Assembly (NCBI RefSeq): GCF_964355755.1 | Contig: NC_092670.1 | Coordinates: forward strand, 18,958,795 to 19,022,794 | Source: Antedon mediterranea | Lineage: Eukaryota; Animalia; Echinodermata | Direction of reading: 5' to 3' | DNA: 64,000 nt | Shown here: piece after piece, positions 38,018 through 54,800 of the stretch | How positions within the stretch are numbered: the stretch's first letter is position 1 | How the letters are laid out: every line of letters begins with the position of its first letter | Position numbers and translations under genes: made by a program | The notes under the pieces: model-generated | What the model was told of the DNA's origin: nothing | Databases searched by the model: none | Seen by the model: only the letters and a program-made list of their open reading frames with translations

Positions 38018-39276
38018 GAAAGTCCAGAGGAGAGTTTGTCCAGATGTTTTAAAATAGAGTCCCTAAAGAAAACACTTAGCTTAACTTTGTGACTGTTCCC
38101 ATCGTAAAACAATAGATATTGACAGTTTTAAGCAGAGATTCGACAGGGCCAATTCATCATTGTAACCTCCCCAGATAAGATCAATCATTCCCACTTAAAC
38201 ACCCCTGGACCAACTTAGGACCAATCGTTACCCTCACAGATTACGTAATGACATTATGCAAATGAACTGAGCCAATATACTCCCAAGTTTCAGAAGAGCC
38301 CAGACACACCTCACAGCCACTTCTTCAGAAGAACATCCACACCTCACAGCCACTTCTTCAGAAGCAGACCTACACACTTCACACCTCACCGACAGCATCA
38401 TTGATCCTCCGTTCCTTATCTATACTTATAGTTGTATATTGTACTGAAGTATTATACTGAATAAACAATATATGTGTTACGACAGTCAAGCGAGTCAGAG
38501 TCTTCATTAGTACCTCAACAACAACGCAACATTATATTACATGGTGGAAGACCCAAATTTCATAAGGAACAGAGTGAGAAAACAAGAAATAAACACTTAA
38601 CAAGACACGAAGACGAAGACAAAAATAACCATATTTGTTTGAAAGGAGAAAACCAGAAATTTACTTTGACTCAAAAGACAAGCTGAAATTATATTTGAAT
38701 GAGATCGAGACAAGCAGAAATTTTATCAAATTATTACCATTGGATGAAGACAAAGAAGATAATCGAGGAAGACACAAAAGACAAGCTGAAATTATATTTG
38801 AATGAGATCGAGACAAGCAGAAATTTTATCAAATTATAACCATTGGATAAAGACAAAGAAGATAATCGAGGAAGACCCAAGAAGAATCAAAACAGAAGCA
38901 AGCGGACAAGAACTGTTTCGTTTGGACACTTTCAACTTCACGCCGTTTTTTTTTGTTTTTTTTTTTGATCGTTTTTTAACATTTACTTTTTTTGAACATT
39001 GATGAACACCTTTCGCATTTTTTTTGAATTCGTTGTTTGAAAAGTTGAACATTGATGAGCACTTTAACATTTCTTTAATTCGTTGTTTGAACATTTAAAC
39101 ATTTTTGAACACTTTTTGCATTCCTTTAATTCATTTCTAATTGGATCCGAAGCATTTGGGGTAAGTCAAAACCATTTTGATTTTTGATTTGTAACCTTGA
39201 TTGAAAAGTGAGAGTTTACATATATATATACACTAAATTGTTTTTGATATTTGATTAATAATTAATATTATAAAGT

Positions 39277-39861
39277 ATGGTCGACATTGTTGATAACGAA
39301 GTAATTTTAAATGAGCCCGTCAATCCTCACCCCGTGCCCCACCTAAGCCAAACCGATTTCCTTCCCAAAAGATATGACGGTTCCATAACCGATCACGACC
39401 AATGTAGTGCACATTACTTATCGTTTACCGACTACCTTGAGGCCCACACTTTAGAAAACCATGTAAACAATGCCCAATTAATTAATGTAATAAGTATTTT
39501 CAAACGTAGCCTTCAGGGCCAAGCTAGACTCTGGATCGAGGGAAAGCAGTTCGATTCACTGGAATCCTTAAAAACCCAATTCATCAACAGGTTTAGTAAA
39601 AACAAATCAATCTATGCGCACATAAGAGAATACGATTCAATTACTTACACCACTGGCGACAACGCCGAAAAGCACTTAACCAAAATCAAACAAGCCGCAG
39701 ATAGAATTGGATACGCTGACCAGCAGATAAAGAATAAATTTATTTCGACCCTTCCACCAAAATGTAGAGCAGCTGTAGCCATGTCCACCCCAATCGATGC
39801 CACTATTGACAATATCGTAAATAGCACACAAAATTACCTTGAATTTATGTCGATTGATTGA
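39277..39861 (+). CDS. Retrotransposon Gag (capsid-like), 194 aa, no zinc knuckle
   Basis: PKRYDG...FKRSLQGQARLWIE...FDSLESLKTQFINRFS; lies between the PBS and PPT. Confidence 0.8.
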   Translation: MVDIVDNEVILNEPVNPHPVPHLSQTDFLPKRYDGSITDHDQCSAHYLSFTDYLEAHTLENHVNNAQLINVISIFKRSLQGQARLWIEGKQFDSLESLKTQFINRFSKNKSIYAHIREYDSITYTTGDNAEKHLTKIKQAADRIGYADQQIKNKFISTLPPKCRAAVAMSTPIDATIDNIVNSTQNYLEFMSID

Positions 39862-41025
39862 AATCGTAATTACCTGTGAATATAAATGCTTAAATCGATA
39901 AAGTTGTGACGATAACGATATATTGTGGATAAGTTTGTGTCAACGGGACACACACATTTGTTTCTTTTAAAGTTTTAAGTGATTAAGTTTGATATTTTGA
40001 TTTTAGGCTAATCAGCCACAGTTTTCTTGAGTTTTATGTTTTGATTTGATGATTTATGTTTGAAGACCATTAGAACGCGATGAGTCGTCGCACGATTTGA
40101 TGTATGTTCAATGTAACATACTATTTTTAAGTTTTGTATTTTTATTTTTAACTGATTTATGTTTGATTTACGCGAATTTTATACCAAATTCATTTTTGAT
40201 TTTAATTTTTTTTAAGAGAGAGAAGAGAGAGAGTGAAAGTGATAAGGTTACACTTCAGAGTCAATGGTTCTGGCTAACTCAATTTTGCTTATATGTATAA
40301 TAATGTTTTTTTTTCTTTTATATAACTTTAATTTTGCATGCCACTATTATAACCATTTTTATATTTTAAATAGATTAGAAGAAAAAAAAAAGGGAAACAG
40401 AGGGATGTAATATAACGATATACTTTTATATTTAAGAAATTGACCTTTGTATCGGAATTCAAATAGGTTCACAAACTTGACCCAGAAAGTCCAGAGGAGA
40501 GTTTGTCCAGATGTTTTAATGACCATTTAGTTTATAATAGAGTCCCTAAAGAAAACACTTAGCTTAACTTTGTGACTGTTCCCATCGTAAAACAATTAGA
40601 TATTGACAGTTTTAAGCAGAGATTCGACAGGGCCAATTCATCATTGTAACCTCCCCAGATAAGATCAATCATTCCCACTTAAACACCCGTGGACCAACTT
40701 AGGACCAATCGTTACCCTCACAGATTACGTAATGACATTATGCAAATGAACTGAGCCAATATACTCCCAAGTTTCAGAAGAGCCCAGACACACCTCACAG
40801 CCACTTCTTCAGAAGAACATCCACACCTCACAGCCACTTCTTCAGAAGCAGACCTACACACTTCACACCTCACCGACAGCATCATTGATCCTCCGTTCCT
40901 TATCTATACTTATAGTTGTATATTGTACTGAAGTATTATACTGAATAAACAATGTGTTACGACAGTCAAGCGAGTCAGAGTCTTCATTAGTATCTCAACA
41001 ACAACGCAACATTATATTACATTAT

Positions 41026-42700
41026 TGTATGATTCCACTGTACATAGTCGTATACCTGCCCTGACGTATGACAAATAAGACATTTATTATTTGTCAGCCT
41101 TCAGGGCAGGTATGGTTCCACTGTACATAGCCGCGTATACCTGCCCTGACGTATGACAAATAAGACATTATTATTTGTCATCCTTCATGGCAGGTACGTA
41201 TTGTAATGATTCCACTGTACATAGCCGTATACCTGCCCTGACGTATGACAAATAAGACATTTATTATTTTTCATCCTTCAGGACAGGTATTGTATGATTC
41301 CACTGTACATAGCCGTATACCTGCTCTGACGTATGACAAATAATAAATGTCTTATTTGTCATACGTCAGGGCAGGTATATACGACTATGTACAGTGGAAT
41401 CATACAATAACCTGCCCTGAAGGCAGGATGACAAATAATAAATGTCTTATTTGTCATACGTCAGGGCAGGTATACGGCTATGTACAGTGGAATCATACAA
41501 TACCTGTCCTGAAGGATGACAAATATTAAATGTCTTATTTGTCATACGTCAGGGCAGGTATACGACTATGTACAGTGGAACCATACCATACCTGCCCTGA
41601 AGAATGACAAATAATCAATATCTTATTTGTCATACGTCAGGGCAGGTATACGACTATGTACAGTGGAATCATACAATCCTGCCCTGAAGGATGACAGGCG
41701 CTAGTTCCGTTTCGCACCTGTTTTTATTTCGACTTCCTTTTGACTCCAAATTGTTAAAAGCAACTTATTGTGAATACCACACCTTAAAATTGGGCCTCAT
41801 AAGTACTTTTATGAAGAAGAATCACATAAAAAGTAACAAATAAATCCAATTGATGATTTTACAGACATGTTTCTCGCATACCGTTCGCGAATTTAGCATA
41901 CTCGAAGTTCAATATTTTCGTTTCTATGGAGCGCCAAAAGAGCAACAAGAATAGATGGTTAAAAACTCAGTGGAATGCGTCTTCTTTTAATGAATTTTAT
42001 TATTGAAATACACGTTTAATTTTAATATATTTTGTCAATAAAAATGCTGTAACATTTTACTGCTAATAATTTGCTGTTTTCAAATAGCAACCAACCCTAG
42101 ACCTAAGAGTAAGACTAAGACGAATATTATTTAGATCAGGTATACCCCCTACAGTACATGTAATATGATGATGAATTTGTCGATTTTCATTCCTAAAAGT
42201 TCCTGCAAAAACCATGTACAGTATCAACAGTAATATTTTTGTTGCATTGACATTGACAAAATATGATAAAATTGAACGTAATTTTCACCAATAAATGCAT
42301 TAAATATACCCAATTTACTGAGTTTTTAGCCTTCTATTATGATTGCTCTTTTGGCGCTCCATAGAAACAACAACATTGAACATGGAGTATGCGAAATTCA
42401 CGAACCGATGTGCGAGAAATATGTCAGTAAATTCATCAATTTAAAGGATTTATTTTTTACTTTTTGTGTGATCTCCTTCGTAAAAGTATTTTTGATGCCT
42501 AATTCTAAGGTGTGGTACTCACGATAAAGTTACTTAACCAATTTTGAGTCGAAATAAACGACAGGTGCGAAACGGAACTAGCGCCGGATGACAAATAATA
42601 AAATAATGTCTTATTTGTCATACGTCAGGGCAGGTATACGGCTATGTACAGTGGAATCATACAATACCTGCCCTGAAGGATGACAAATAATAAATGTCAT
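41026..42700. repeat. ~88-bp unit array (~62-nt imperfect palindrome + ~26-nt near-constant spacer), inverted about ~41345; first unit at ~36505-36582
   Basis: ATACCTGCCCTGACGTATGACAAATAA...TTATTTGTCATCCTTCAGGGCAGGTAT + TGTATGATTCCACTGTACATAGCCGT. Confidence 0.9.
41697..42585. mobile_element. Merlin-type MITE with long imperfect inverted arms
   Basis: GGATGACA|GGCGCTAGTTCCGTTTCGCACCTG...CAGGTGCGAAACGGAACTAGCGCC|GGATGACA (8-bp TSD, GG..CC ends). Confidence 0.85.
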
Positions 42701-43879
42701 GTAATTTCATAATTTCATGTGTATTAGCCTATATAGCTGAGGAGGATGGTCTGGGAAAGCGATATACGGTAGAAAATAGCGAAGTACGAGTAAAATACTA
42801 CATGGCCGGACCGCAAGTAAAATACGATATATATATGATGACGTAGTAGATATCTACACATGCGTAGAAGAACTCCTGGATTGGAGTAGGGAGGCTCGGA
42901 GATTTAGATCCTTCCCCGCGGGAAGACCAAATATACCGTATTGGTAGGTTGAACACGGTCGACAATTTAACACAATACGCGTCTGTAACAAAGTCTAATG
43001 GGCTGTATTATAGGTGCCGAATCGGTGATTAATTATTCTGATCTTGATAGAGAGCATAGAAAAAACAGTATCTTCATAGAATTCTGCTATATGTATATTA
43101 TTAGTATTACTGTAAATTGTTTTGAATGTAAATATTTAATTTGGATACTGAATAAATATTGTATGAAGTGTAAAAAAGGAAAATACTTGTACAGTATTAC
43201 TGTACAGGTATATTAAATTATTCTTTTGTTTTAATAGATATTGGTGACCAATTCATCAACGTCTGCCAGTATAAGGTAAAAACTGTCTGAAATATATTAT
43301 GTCAAGGTACAGTATGTCCAGGAACAACAAATAAAACCTAATTTATTAGTAAAAATTATTTTTAATTCAAATAATCACTCTTCATGACATCTACCTCAAT
43401 GAGGCAATTAATTAATTTATTGGTAAATTGATTTATTATGTAACATTACTTGCCACAAAACCATCACATTGTATAAAATATTAAATTCAATAGAAATTAT
43501 TTATTAAAAGCATTCTTTGAGTGCTACACATAAGTTAAATAGTAAATCCTAGGTTACATTTCTCAATGTACAGTATTATAATAGTAAGTTTCAAACCAGG
43601 AAAATGTGTACATTTTTATCTCTTGGTTGTCATACACTTGCTCTTTACTATAAGCTTTGCTCAATACTTGTAATAAACATTGCACATTGAGGAATGAGCA
43701 GAAAAGTATAATACTGTAGAGGTTTGGAGAATAAGTTTTATTTTATTTAAATTCATTCAACAGCGGGAAACCCGCCCCTTACAGAATGGAAGAAACAGAA
43801 TAAACAGTAAGGATATATACCTAATGAACAGTAGATAGGTGGTCCAATATTATCAATTCATAATAAGTTGATTTGAATT

Positions 43880-46800
43880 CTAAATCATATATAAAGGGTG
43901 GGCTTGACTTTGTCAGTCCAGCTTTCTTGCCAACGATAAGCTTGGAAAGATTTCAGGTTCTCACGAAATGTCTTCAATTTGTTCTGTTTTTCTGGAAAAC
44001 CTCTCAGAAGAATCTACAAAAATAACAATGTTTATATACAGTTTAGAAAATTTGGAACCCAAAAAATGGCAGAGTCAAAAAAGCGATGGGATGTTATGTA
44101 ATGGAGAAACTGTTATATACAATACTCAAGGTGGTGAAATAGAGAAAGGTAAGGGAACAAATCTTATAGGTGTCATTAACACTCAAGAGTTGCGTTACTT
44201 AACATTCCCTTACCTGTAGCTGCTCGGCAAGTTCTGCTTCGGTTTTGAAAATCAATCCGTTTTCGTTATGCTTCACCAACTCGTCCAAACTAAAGCAAAA
44301 CAGAACAAAGCAAAATGAGTATAAAAAAAAATGAATTAATTTAAGAAAAGTGAGTCAACATTGTTGGGTTTAACTTACCAATTAAAATCAATAGCACAGA
44401 CTGGAAGACCACAACCAAACATGTCAACTACTTTCATTGGAAGATCTAGACCACTTGATGATGTATGCAGACACACACCAATGTCAGCAGAACCTAGTTT
44501 ACAAAAATACATGGAACAATTAAAGCTGGAAAAGAAATTCAATTAAACTGGTAGGATTGCAATTGATTTATTGATTGCTCTATGATTGATCGATTGTACT
44601 ATAATCTAATGTAACAGAATGAAAACCCTTTCTTCTTTGCAATCACATACCTAATAATAGGGGATATTCTTCTGCAGCTAGCCAGGGTGTACATATATTG
44701 ACGTGTTTGAAGTTCATTTTAGCAATTTCTTGTTGGTAAAATTTCTTCTGTGGCCCTTTGCCAGTGATAGCACAAACTAGGTTTGGTAGATGGCTGGACT
44801 TTCCACCGGCTATTTTTGCTTTTTCATATACTATGGTAAAAACATATGGTTACTTGGTAGAGAAATAGGTAATTGACATAGAATTAAAATCTAAAAAATA
44901 TGTACTCAAACAGCGCACTGCAGATTCTGTGGCGAGAGGGATGCCCTGATGGTATTTAGTCTTTTTGATGAAGCCATAACGATGAAGTCAAAAGGAGAGA
45001 TATCACATTTGGAGTACAATGTACAACATATGAGATTTGAAGACTGTCGGGTCGAAAATATTACTAGTTGCACTATTGACTATTTTTTAGTCTTCTTACA
45101 TTCTAGTGCTCCAAGGAGTATGGAGAAGTCTTCATCTTCTGTCCAACTTGTACTACTGATCACTAAGGCTGGTCTGTCCGATTTCTCTACTACACCAGAT
45201 GATCTTGTGTCTTCAGTGAATGCTGTCTTGATGCCTCTGGTGCTGCCATCACCAAATCCAAAGTAATCTTCAGAAAGCTTAAGGAACAACTGTGGTCAAA
45301 ATTAATAAAAAGAAAATCAAGGAATTTTGCATACCTAATGAGGTTGTCTTTGTAAAAGCATATGAAAGGAAATAGTGTGAACTGTGTTTACTCTGCAGAA
45401 TGTTTAACGATGGAACATTGTTCCATGATTTAACTAACCTCATGCTTTTGCGTTAGTGGTGTTTCTTTGAAGATCTCTGGTGGGCGGTCATAGAGTGTAC
45501 ATGCTTTGATTGACCAGTTTTTCTGTAAATCTTCTTTCATTGCATTTGTAACACAAAAATGACCATCAGCTTTTTTACCAAAGAATTTCTCAAACCTTAA
45601 AAAATGATAAGATACATTAGACTTAAGCTCTGTCTACACTATCATACTTTATGTGATGTGCCCAAATATGGACTATAATGATGTCATCACTATTATATTT
45701 GGGCATATAGCTACCATATTTGGGCAAAACTACCATATTTGGGAACATCACACTTTTTTTTGCAAACTAGTTTGGATAGTGTAGACACACTTAATACTTT
45801 GAGGCTAATCCTATTGACTTAACTTACTAATATTTTGGTACATTTTTACTTGATAATTTTAATCTTGAATGCAGTCACTACCATATTTGGGCACACTTTT
45901 TTGGCACATAAAGTTTGATAGTGTAGCTTAAAGTACTGTTGAGCTGTATTTGTCACAACACATAATGTTGCTACAGCACTGTAAAGACTAGTTTAGAATT
46001 AATCCAAAAGAGTAATTACCATTTAGCAAATCTAACCAGAGGGTTCCAACTACCCAAGCTCAATCCTAGGATTGTGTAACCATAGTTATGCCAATCAATG
46101 ATGTATTTACTACCGTAGATTAAACGAACAAACCATGCAACAAACAATGTTGGTATTGAAGGAGGATTCTGCAAAAGAAAACACACATAATATTTAAATC
46201 TACTATTTATGTATTTACAGCATACAGTATTATACAAAGATACTGCTGTTACAATCTTCCTTTCTACATTTGTTTGTTTTTCTCTCACCTGCACCATGAT
46301 ATGTGATGGCCATTTGATATTGAAGAAAAGCACAAAAAACAATTGGCAGACTTGAAAGAGCACCTTGATGACATACTGGAAAATCTTTGGTAAAACTGGA
46401 AATTAAAAAATGTAGTTATATTTTCAATTAAAACAATAGTAAGCATGTGATTTAAAAATGTAAATACTGTAATTTATCACAAGTGTATGTTTATTTTATA
46501 TAATATATTGCTTAGTCTTACATTGTGGAAGTTTTGGTGGTTCACGTAGTATATGCCTCTTGATTCTTGTATTGTTTACAATATCTGGATGTGGAATTGA
46601 ACCTAAAAAATTAAAAATGACAAAATGAATTAAAAGAAAAGGTGCAAAAAATATAGTTATTTATTCCAGTCCACATTAATGCCAGACTTTCGTAGGAAAA
46701 ATTTAAAGATCATTTAATTCGCCATTTTTCAGATGAGATGTTATTGTTAAGATTCGAAAGATTTTTTTGCGATTTGAGTGTTTCTAGATAAATATTATGG

Positions 46801-47183
46801 TTGATCATGAATGATGGTCAGGAGCCCATAATACCTTGCTCTTTAAATTTAATGATTTTGGTTGGCAGAAAAGTCATAGTCGCACCCACAAACAAAGAAT
46901 GATTTCAAATGCATTTACCTCCATATCCTACTATATCTACATCAAACTTGAGCTTAGCAAATGACAGTGCATGGTACTGCATACGCGGACTCCTCCCTAT
47001 ATCTCCAAGAACAATTATACAGGCCTGGGATCCAGAACGGGCTATTCGAAAACCAGAAGCCATATACAAAAACAAAATAGTTACGAACATGAGGCTGTAT
47101 AATTCGTTAAAATACAGATAAACCTCCATGAACGTTATCAGTGATAACTGCAATATAAGATCAAGGTGCTTAACTTTACTCAT
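43880..47183 (-). CDS. ALG1: Chitobiosyldiphosphodolichol beta-mannosyltransferase; ~10 exons
   Basis: [73 protein letters not shown]. Confidence 0.96.
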
Positions 47184-47404
47184 CGTAGTTTATATGTCGT
47201 TATGTTTATGAAAAAAAAGTTAGCCCAAAAGCCCTAGGCCTAGGCCCAAATTTTACAACTTTCAACTTGCGCGACGACAGAGCGACTCGAATACCCAGCG
47301 ACTCATCATGTGTGTACGTACGTACGTGAATGGTGTCTTTAGTTGTAGAGGGCGTGCTTCTACGAAAGTTTATCGAGTTTAAAAACCATGCCACACACGA
47401 AAAA

Positions 47405-50607
<3,203 letters not shown>

Positions 50608-51860
50608 TAACTTTCCCTCAAACTAGGTTGCTTAATTTTGAGTCTATAAATAATACTGTTGACATTTATTTTATTATACCATACACCATACACTCTTCAT
50701 TTATTGTATGTATTGTACATACAGCAGTACCGTGTTAAAGTTATAAAGTCAGCCAATTGTAAAATGCAGACTTGCCTTAGTGATAATAAATTGTCTCCAG
50801 TCCTCTTTTCAACATAAATGGATTTGGCCCGTAGAAAAGGATTACTGTCCTCTGCTCTTAATTATTTGTTGCAGTTTCCCATTGTTAATTTGCTGTTGTT
50901 AATTTTCAATTGAAGTCAAATGTTACACGACGTCGCATTTTGACCACCTTTGTAGGTAAACTGTCCGCCTAGATTTAGGCAGTCTAAAATAGATCGAGGC
51001 AGTTATACTTTACAGTGTATTCATCATCAATTATAAACTTAGTTTTTTTTATTCCGGCAATTTTTACGAGTATTTATCATTTGTCAGTTCTTGGTCAGGA
51101 TTTGATTAGCTGTCTTTCTGTTGATCGTTGTTTTTTTTCCTCCTTTTGCTGTCTTGTTATGTCCCTGTCCATACGTCCTGTATTTTGAATCCTATTTTCT
51201 TGAATTTTAGTCCGCTTTACCTGTGTCTGTAAATAAGCTGGCCTGCCACAAGATTTCTATCTTCTTGGGCACTGCCTACTTCCTCTTATTGATTAATGAA
51301 TACTTTTTTATCATCAATTGCCTTGTTATAAATTTTACTGGAATTTATTACGTTTACCTCATTTTCTTGAAGGAAGAAATAAATGTTAAGTTGAATTGAA
51401 TAGTTGACCAAAAAAGTGAGTCTATTTTGTCTCATTATGCTAATGATTCCCATAGATGTTATATTAGACACTGGATCTATTGTGAGGTTTTGACAACAAA
51501 TCTGTGAACCACAAGTAGATAACTTTTATGTATATATTCTTTTTATTATTTTCTGTAATGTATTGCACATAATAAATTTGAAAATATAGTCAATTTTCTT
51601 TTCATATAAAAGTTTGCTCATAAATCTACATAATTAGTATGTACTGTACATATATATGTCCATGGTATGTATATCGTTTGTATATAAATAAATGATCAAC
51701 TACAGATATATTGTCAATATTAGTTCTACATGGCTCTTCCAATTATAATATAGATGATTCTTCTAGGCCTTGCACATACTTAACCTAAACAGCTGCTAAA
51801 ATCAATAATTATTGTCCAGCTTGAGATAGTATCAATGACCAATGTTGAACCGTGGTTTTA

Positions 51861-54800
51861 TTATACTTGAACGACTTCTTTAATTGTCTTTATCAGTATT
51901 GGTATCGATACATTTCCATCACTATGCCAACGACCATTCTCGATACCAGGAGTAGGACTCAAAATGGATGATGCAACGCTATAAACAAATTGAATAAATT
52001 TGATTACAAATATATTTCTTTGATTTGTAAATTTACATTATATTTCATTTTTGTGAGAAAAATAAACTAAATTTTACATACTTCGGAAGTTTCAGCAAGT
52101 TAATTAACTCATTAGCACGGCTAACAAGAATTTTATTCTCAACATCATCAACGATTATCTTGTGCTGCTGTGAGATCTTTGTCAGACAGAGCAGAACACG
52201 AGGTATAAGGTCTTGACAGCGTGATGCCAACTAAACGAGAGAGAAGTATCGACTCATTGATATAAAATATCTTCTAGAATCCAAAATGAATGATTGCAGT
52301 AAAGGCAGAAATTGTATTGAGTAGAGAATAAAAAGGCAGGTACCTTTGCAACAGTGGACATCATAACAGTCACCAGTCGTGGACTGCACTGATCATCATG
52401 ACTAGCTGCCTGGAAGCACACTTCGTACAAGAGTGTTTCTAAAGACTCGTAATACTTGGTAATGATATCAGCAGTGTTTCGTCTGTCATAGCCAATACTG
52501 ACATATTCACCGATGACCCATACAACATGGGAAAAGAAGTCCTCTTTACCAGATATGTATCGCAAGCTGGCTACAAACTCCATTAGTTCAGTCTTGCAGT
52601 CCACTACCAGACTTGGACTCTGTTTGAAAATGTTTAGCAGAGATGTCTGGAGAACACTGGAGTAGAGCAACAATTTGTTTAGAATGTAAAAATAAAAACT
52701 GCAGCAATGTTTGTCTTTCTACTACTGTATAATTAAAGTACTTATCTTTTGTAAACTTACTTTCTGACTTCTTTGTGATATGAATGTGTATTGTATAATA
52801 GTGCTGACCTCTCCATGATGACTGGCACAAGTTTGCAGAATAAAGCATAGTCTCCTTGCTCCAGGATAGTTTCAAAATATAGCCTTAAATGGAAATGCTG
52901 TTAGATTAATCTCACTCCTCCATGGTTAAGCAAACCTGGTGTACTGATTGGCTTTTTTTGTGAGGAAAATTCAATTACCTACCTTAATAAAACAGGTACT
53001 CCTTGAGAGCAAATATTAACCCTTGGATGGTGTTTCAAATCTTCTAACAACTGATGAAGAAATTCTAGCCTACAAAGAAAACAATTAAATATGGTACTCA
53101 TTGATGGTTTATTCTGTAGATTCACTTTGTTCTCATATCCACATCATTGTTTAGTTATAGCAGTGGCCTACCAATTGCTAGTCTTTCTCCACTACCACCA
53201 AACTGCCTCATTCACCCTATCTTTTACACTTACAAAAACTAATTATACCTGTTAATAGTATCCCCTTGTCCACTCTGTTGCCGAAGTATAAAATTAAACC
53301 AAGGCCGATGATCTGGGTTCTGAAATGCTTGCACACAAGCTAGCCTCGACTCAGCCTCTGGATCACTGGCCACCTTGGCAGCCAAGTGGCTAGCCTCTAA
53401 TGCAGCACTTAAGCAGGGTAGATCTAGCAGAATATGCAACACTTCTAACGAAGTTGATGTTGACATGAATGATGGAAGAAGGTCAAAGAACTCTGGTAGA
53501 TATGTTCTTGGATTCCAAGCTAAAATCTATTCACAAAATAAGACTTAGTTACTCAAATGTAAATTTGTACGTGCCTTTATCATTCACCCTCAAGACTTTA
53601 TGTCTGTCAGGCTTTTGTTTATCCACAAACGATATCTACATTCATCATATTGTTGGATATCTTCCAGACTATTAGTAAATTTCTCTGATTGAAAGTATAC
53701 TAATGAAACAACTCGCCTTCAAAAGATTTGGAAAGTATTTTTCTAGGATATTGGTCTTGTAACAAAGTCGTTTCATGTTGTCTCTACACAGCAGTACAAT
53801 ATCAAATGCTACCGCATGGTCGTAGTAGTGCATGCTAACAGCCTTGCCAAACAACAGGTCAAAGGCAGCTTGTGGGTCATAAACAACAGCATCACCTAGT
53901 CAACACAAAATGAAAATTGTTTTATAAATATGGGTGGATTTCTTTGTCAAAAGCAGCTAATCCACTGATAACACTCTAAATAATATCTTCCTCTCAACAA
54001 AAATGATAACGATACCATGCTTTTAATCCAGTTTATTTCGGATTTCACATGAACAATACAAACACAAACAATAAAATAACACACATGCTAGATCCAGGGG
54101 ACTCTAACATTGAACTCAATCACTTTCAATAGGATGTCCCAGCTAGCAGTTCCATATTATAGTTATTTAAAGCTCTATCTACACTATCAAACTTTATATG
54201 ACAAAAATCACATCACACTTTTTTGTCAAACTAGTTTCATGAGATAGAGTTTAATATTAGCTGTAAAAACTTACAATGATTCAAATAGAACTGAACTATT
54301 GTACACAGTACTCTAGATTGGCCAATATCCTCACTCATTCTAGAGTAGACTCTTTTCAGTGCTGGAAACAACTTGGGTATCAGAGAGGAGTCAAGCTTAC
54401 AGACAACATCAAGAATTGATATAGCTTCCACCAAACACTGAAATGAGAAATGTATTGATATAGTTCTACTTACAGTACTGTAAGTGGGAAGAATTACCGG
54501 AAATGATTAAAAATTCTTTAATTTTAGACAGTTTTCAAATATTTTTAAATTCACTTAAATCACATGTTTTATATTGACTTTGTTGAATCGACTATTATGT
54601 ATTTTATCCGTTTATTTTATATTGACACTGTTGATTCGTCTATTTGTTTTTTAAATATTTTTATATAGTTTATTTTATATCATTGTTGTTACTTTGGGAG
54701 TACGGAACCTGAACTCTTGTTATAGTGATTAGGTTCACTTTTAGGTTCCTGCCTACTCCCTTAGTTTCTGTGTTTTGTTTGTTTGTAACTGGTTTTTGGC

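Larger units (their letters stand above)
36583..41021 (+). mobile_element. Non-autonomous gag-only LTR retrotransposon (Gypsy-like): 5' LTR 36583-38541 (interrupted), 3' LTR 40406-41021
   Basis: TGTAATATAA...TTATATTACA LTR ends, TTAT TSD, PBS-like TGGTGGAAGACC at 38542, PPT ~40376-40405, near-identical LTRs. Confidence 0.95.
32564..42897. mobile_element. Academ-type non-autonomous DNA transposon (~1.4 kb of own sequence) expanded to 10.3 kb by nested insertions
   Basis: ~200-bp imperfect TIRs (CTCCCTACTCCAATCCAGGAG... / ...CTCCTGGATTGGAGTAGGGAG); GGA at 32561-63 and 42898-900; termini consistent with a degenerate TAG..CTA. Confidence 0.75.

Noticed and set aside
41026-42700. CRISPR-like repeat-spacer array
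   Set aside because: Spacers are essentially identical, the palindromes are ~62 nt, there are no cas genes and the context is a eukaryotic TE.
43239-43276. Possible small plus-strand exon (TAATAG|...AAG|GTAAAA)
   Set aside because: No partner exons or ORF identified; such sites arise by chance in AT-rich DNA.
50730-51470. Possible decayed LINE 3' fragment on the minus strand between DDX47 and AP5Z1
   Set aside because: Composition looks coding-derived but I could not recover a diagnostic motif; needs TBLASTX against Repbase.
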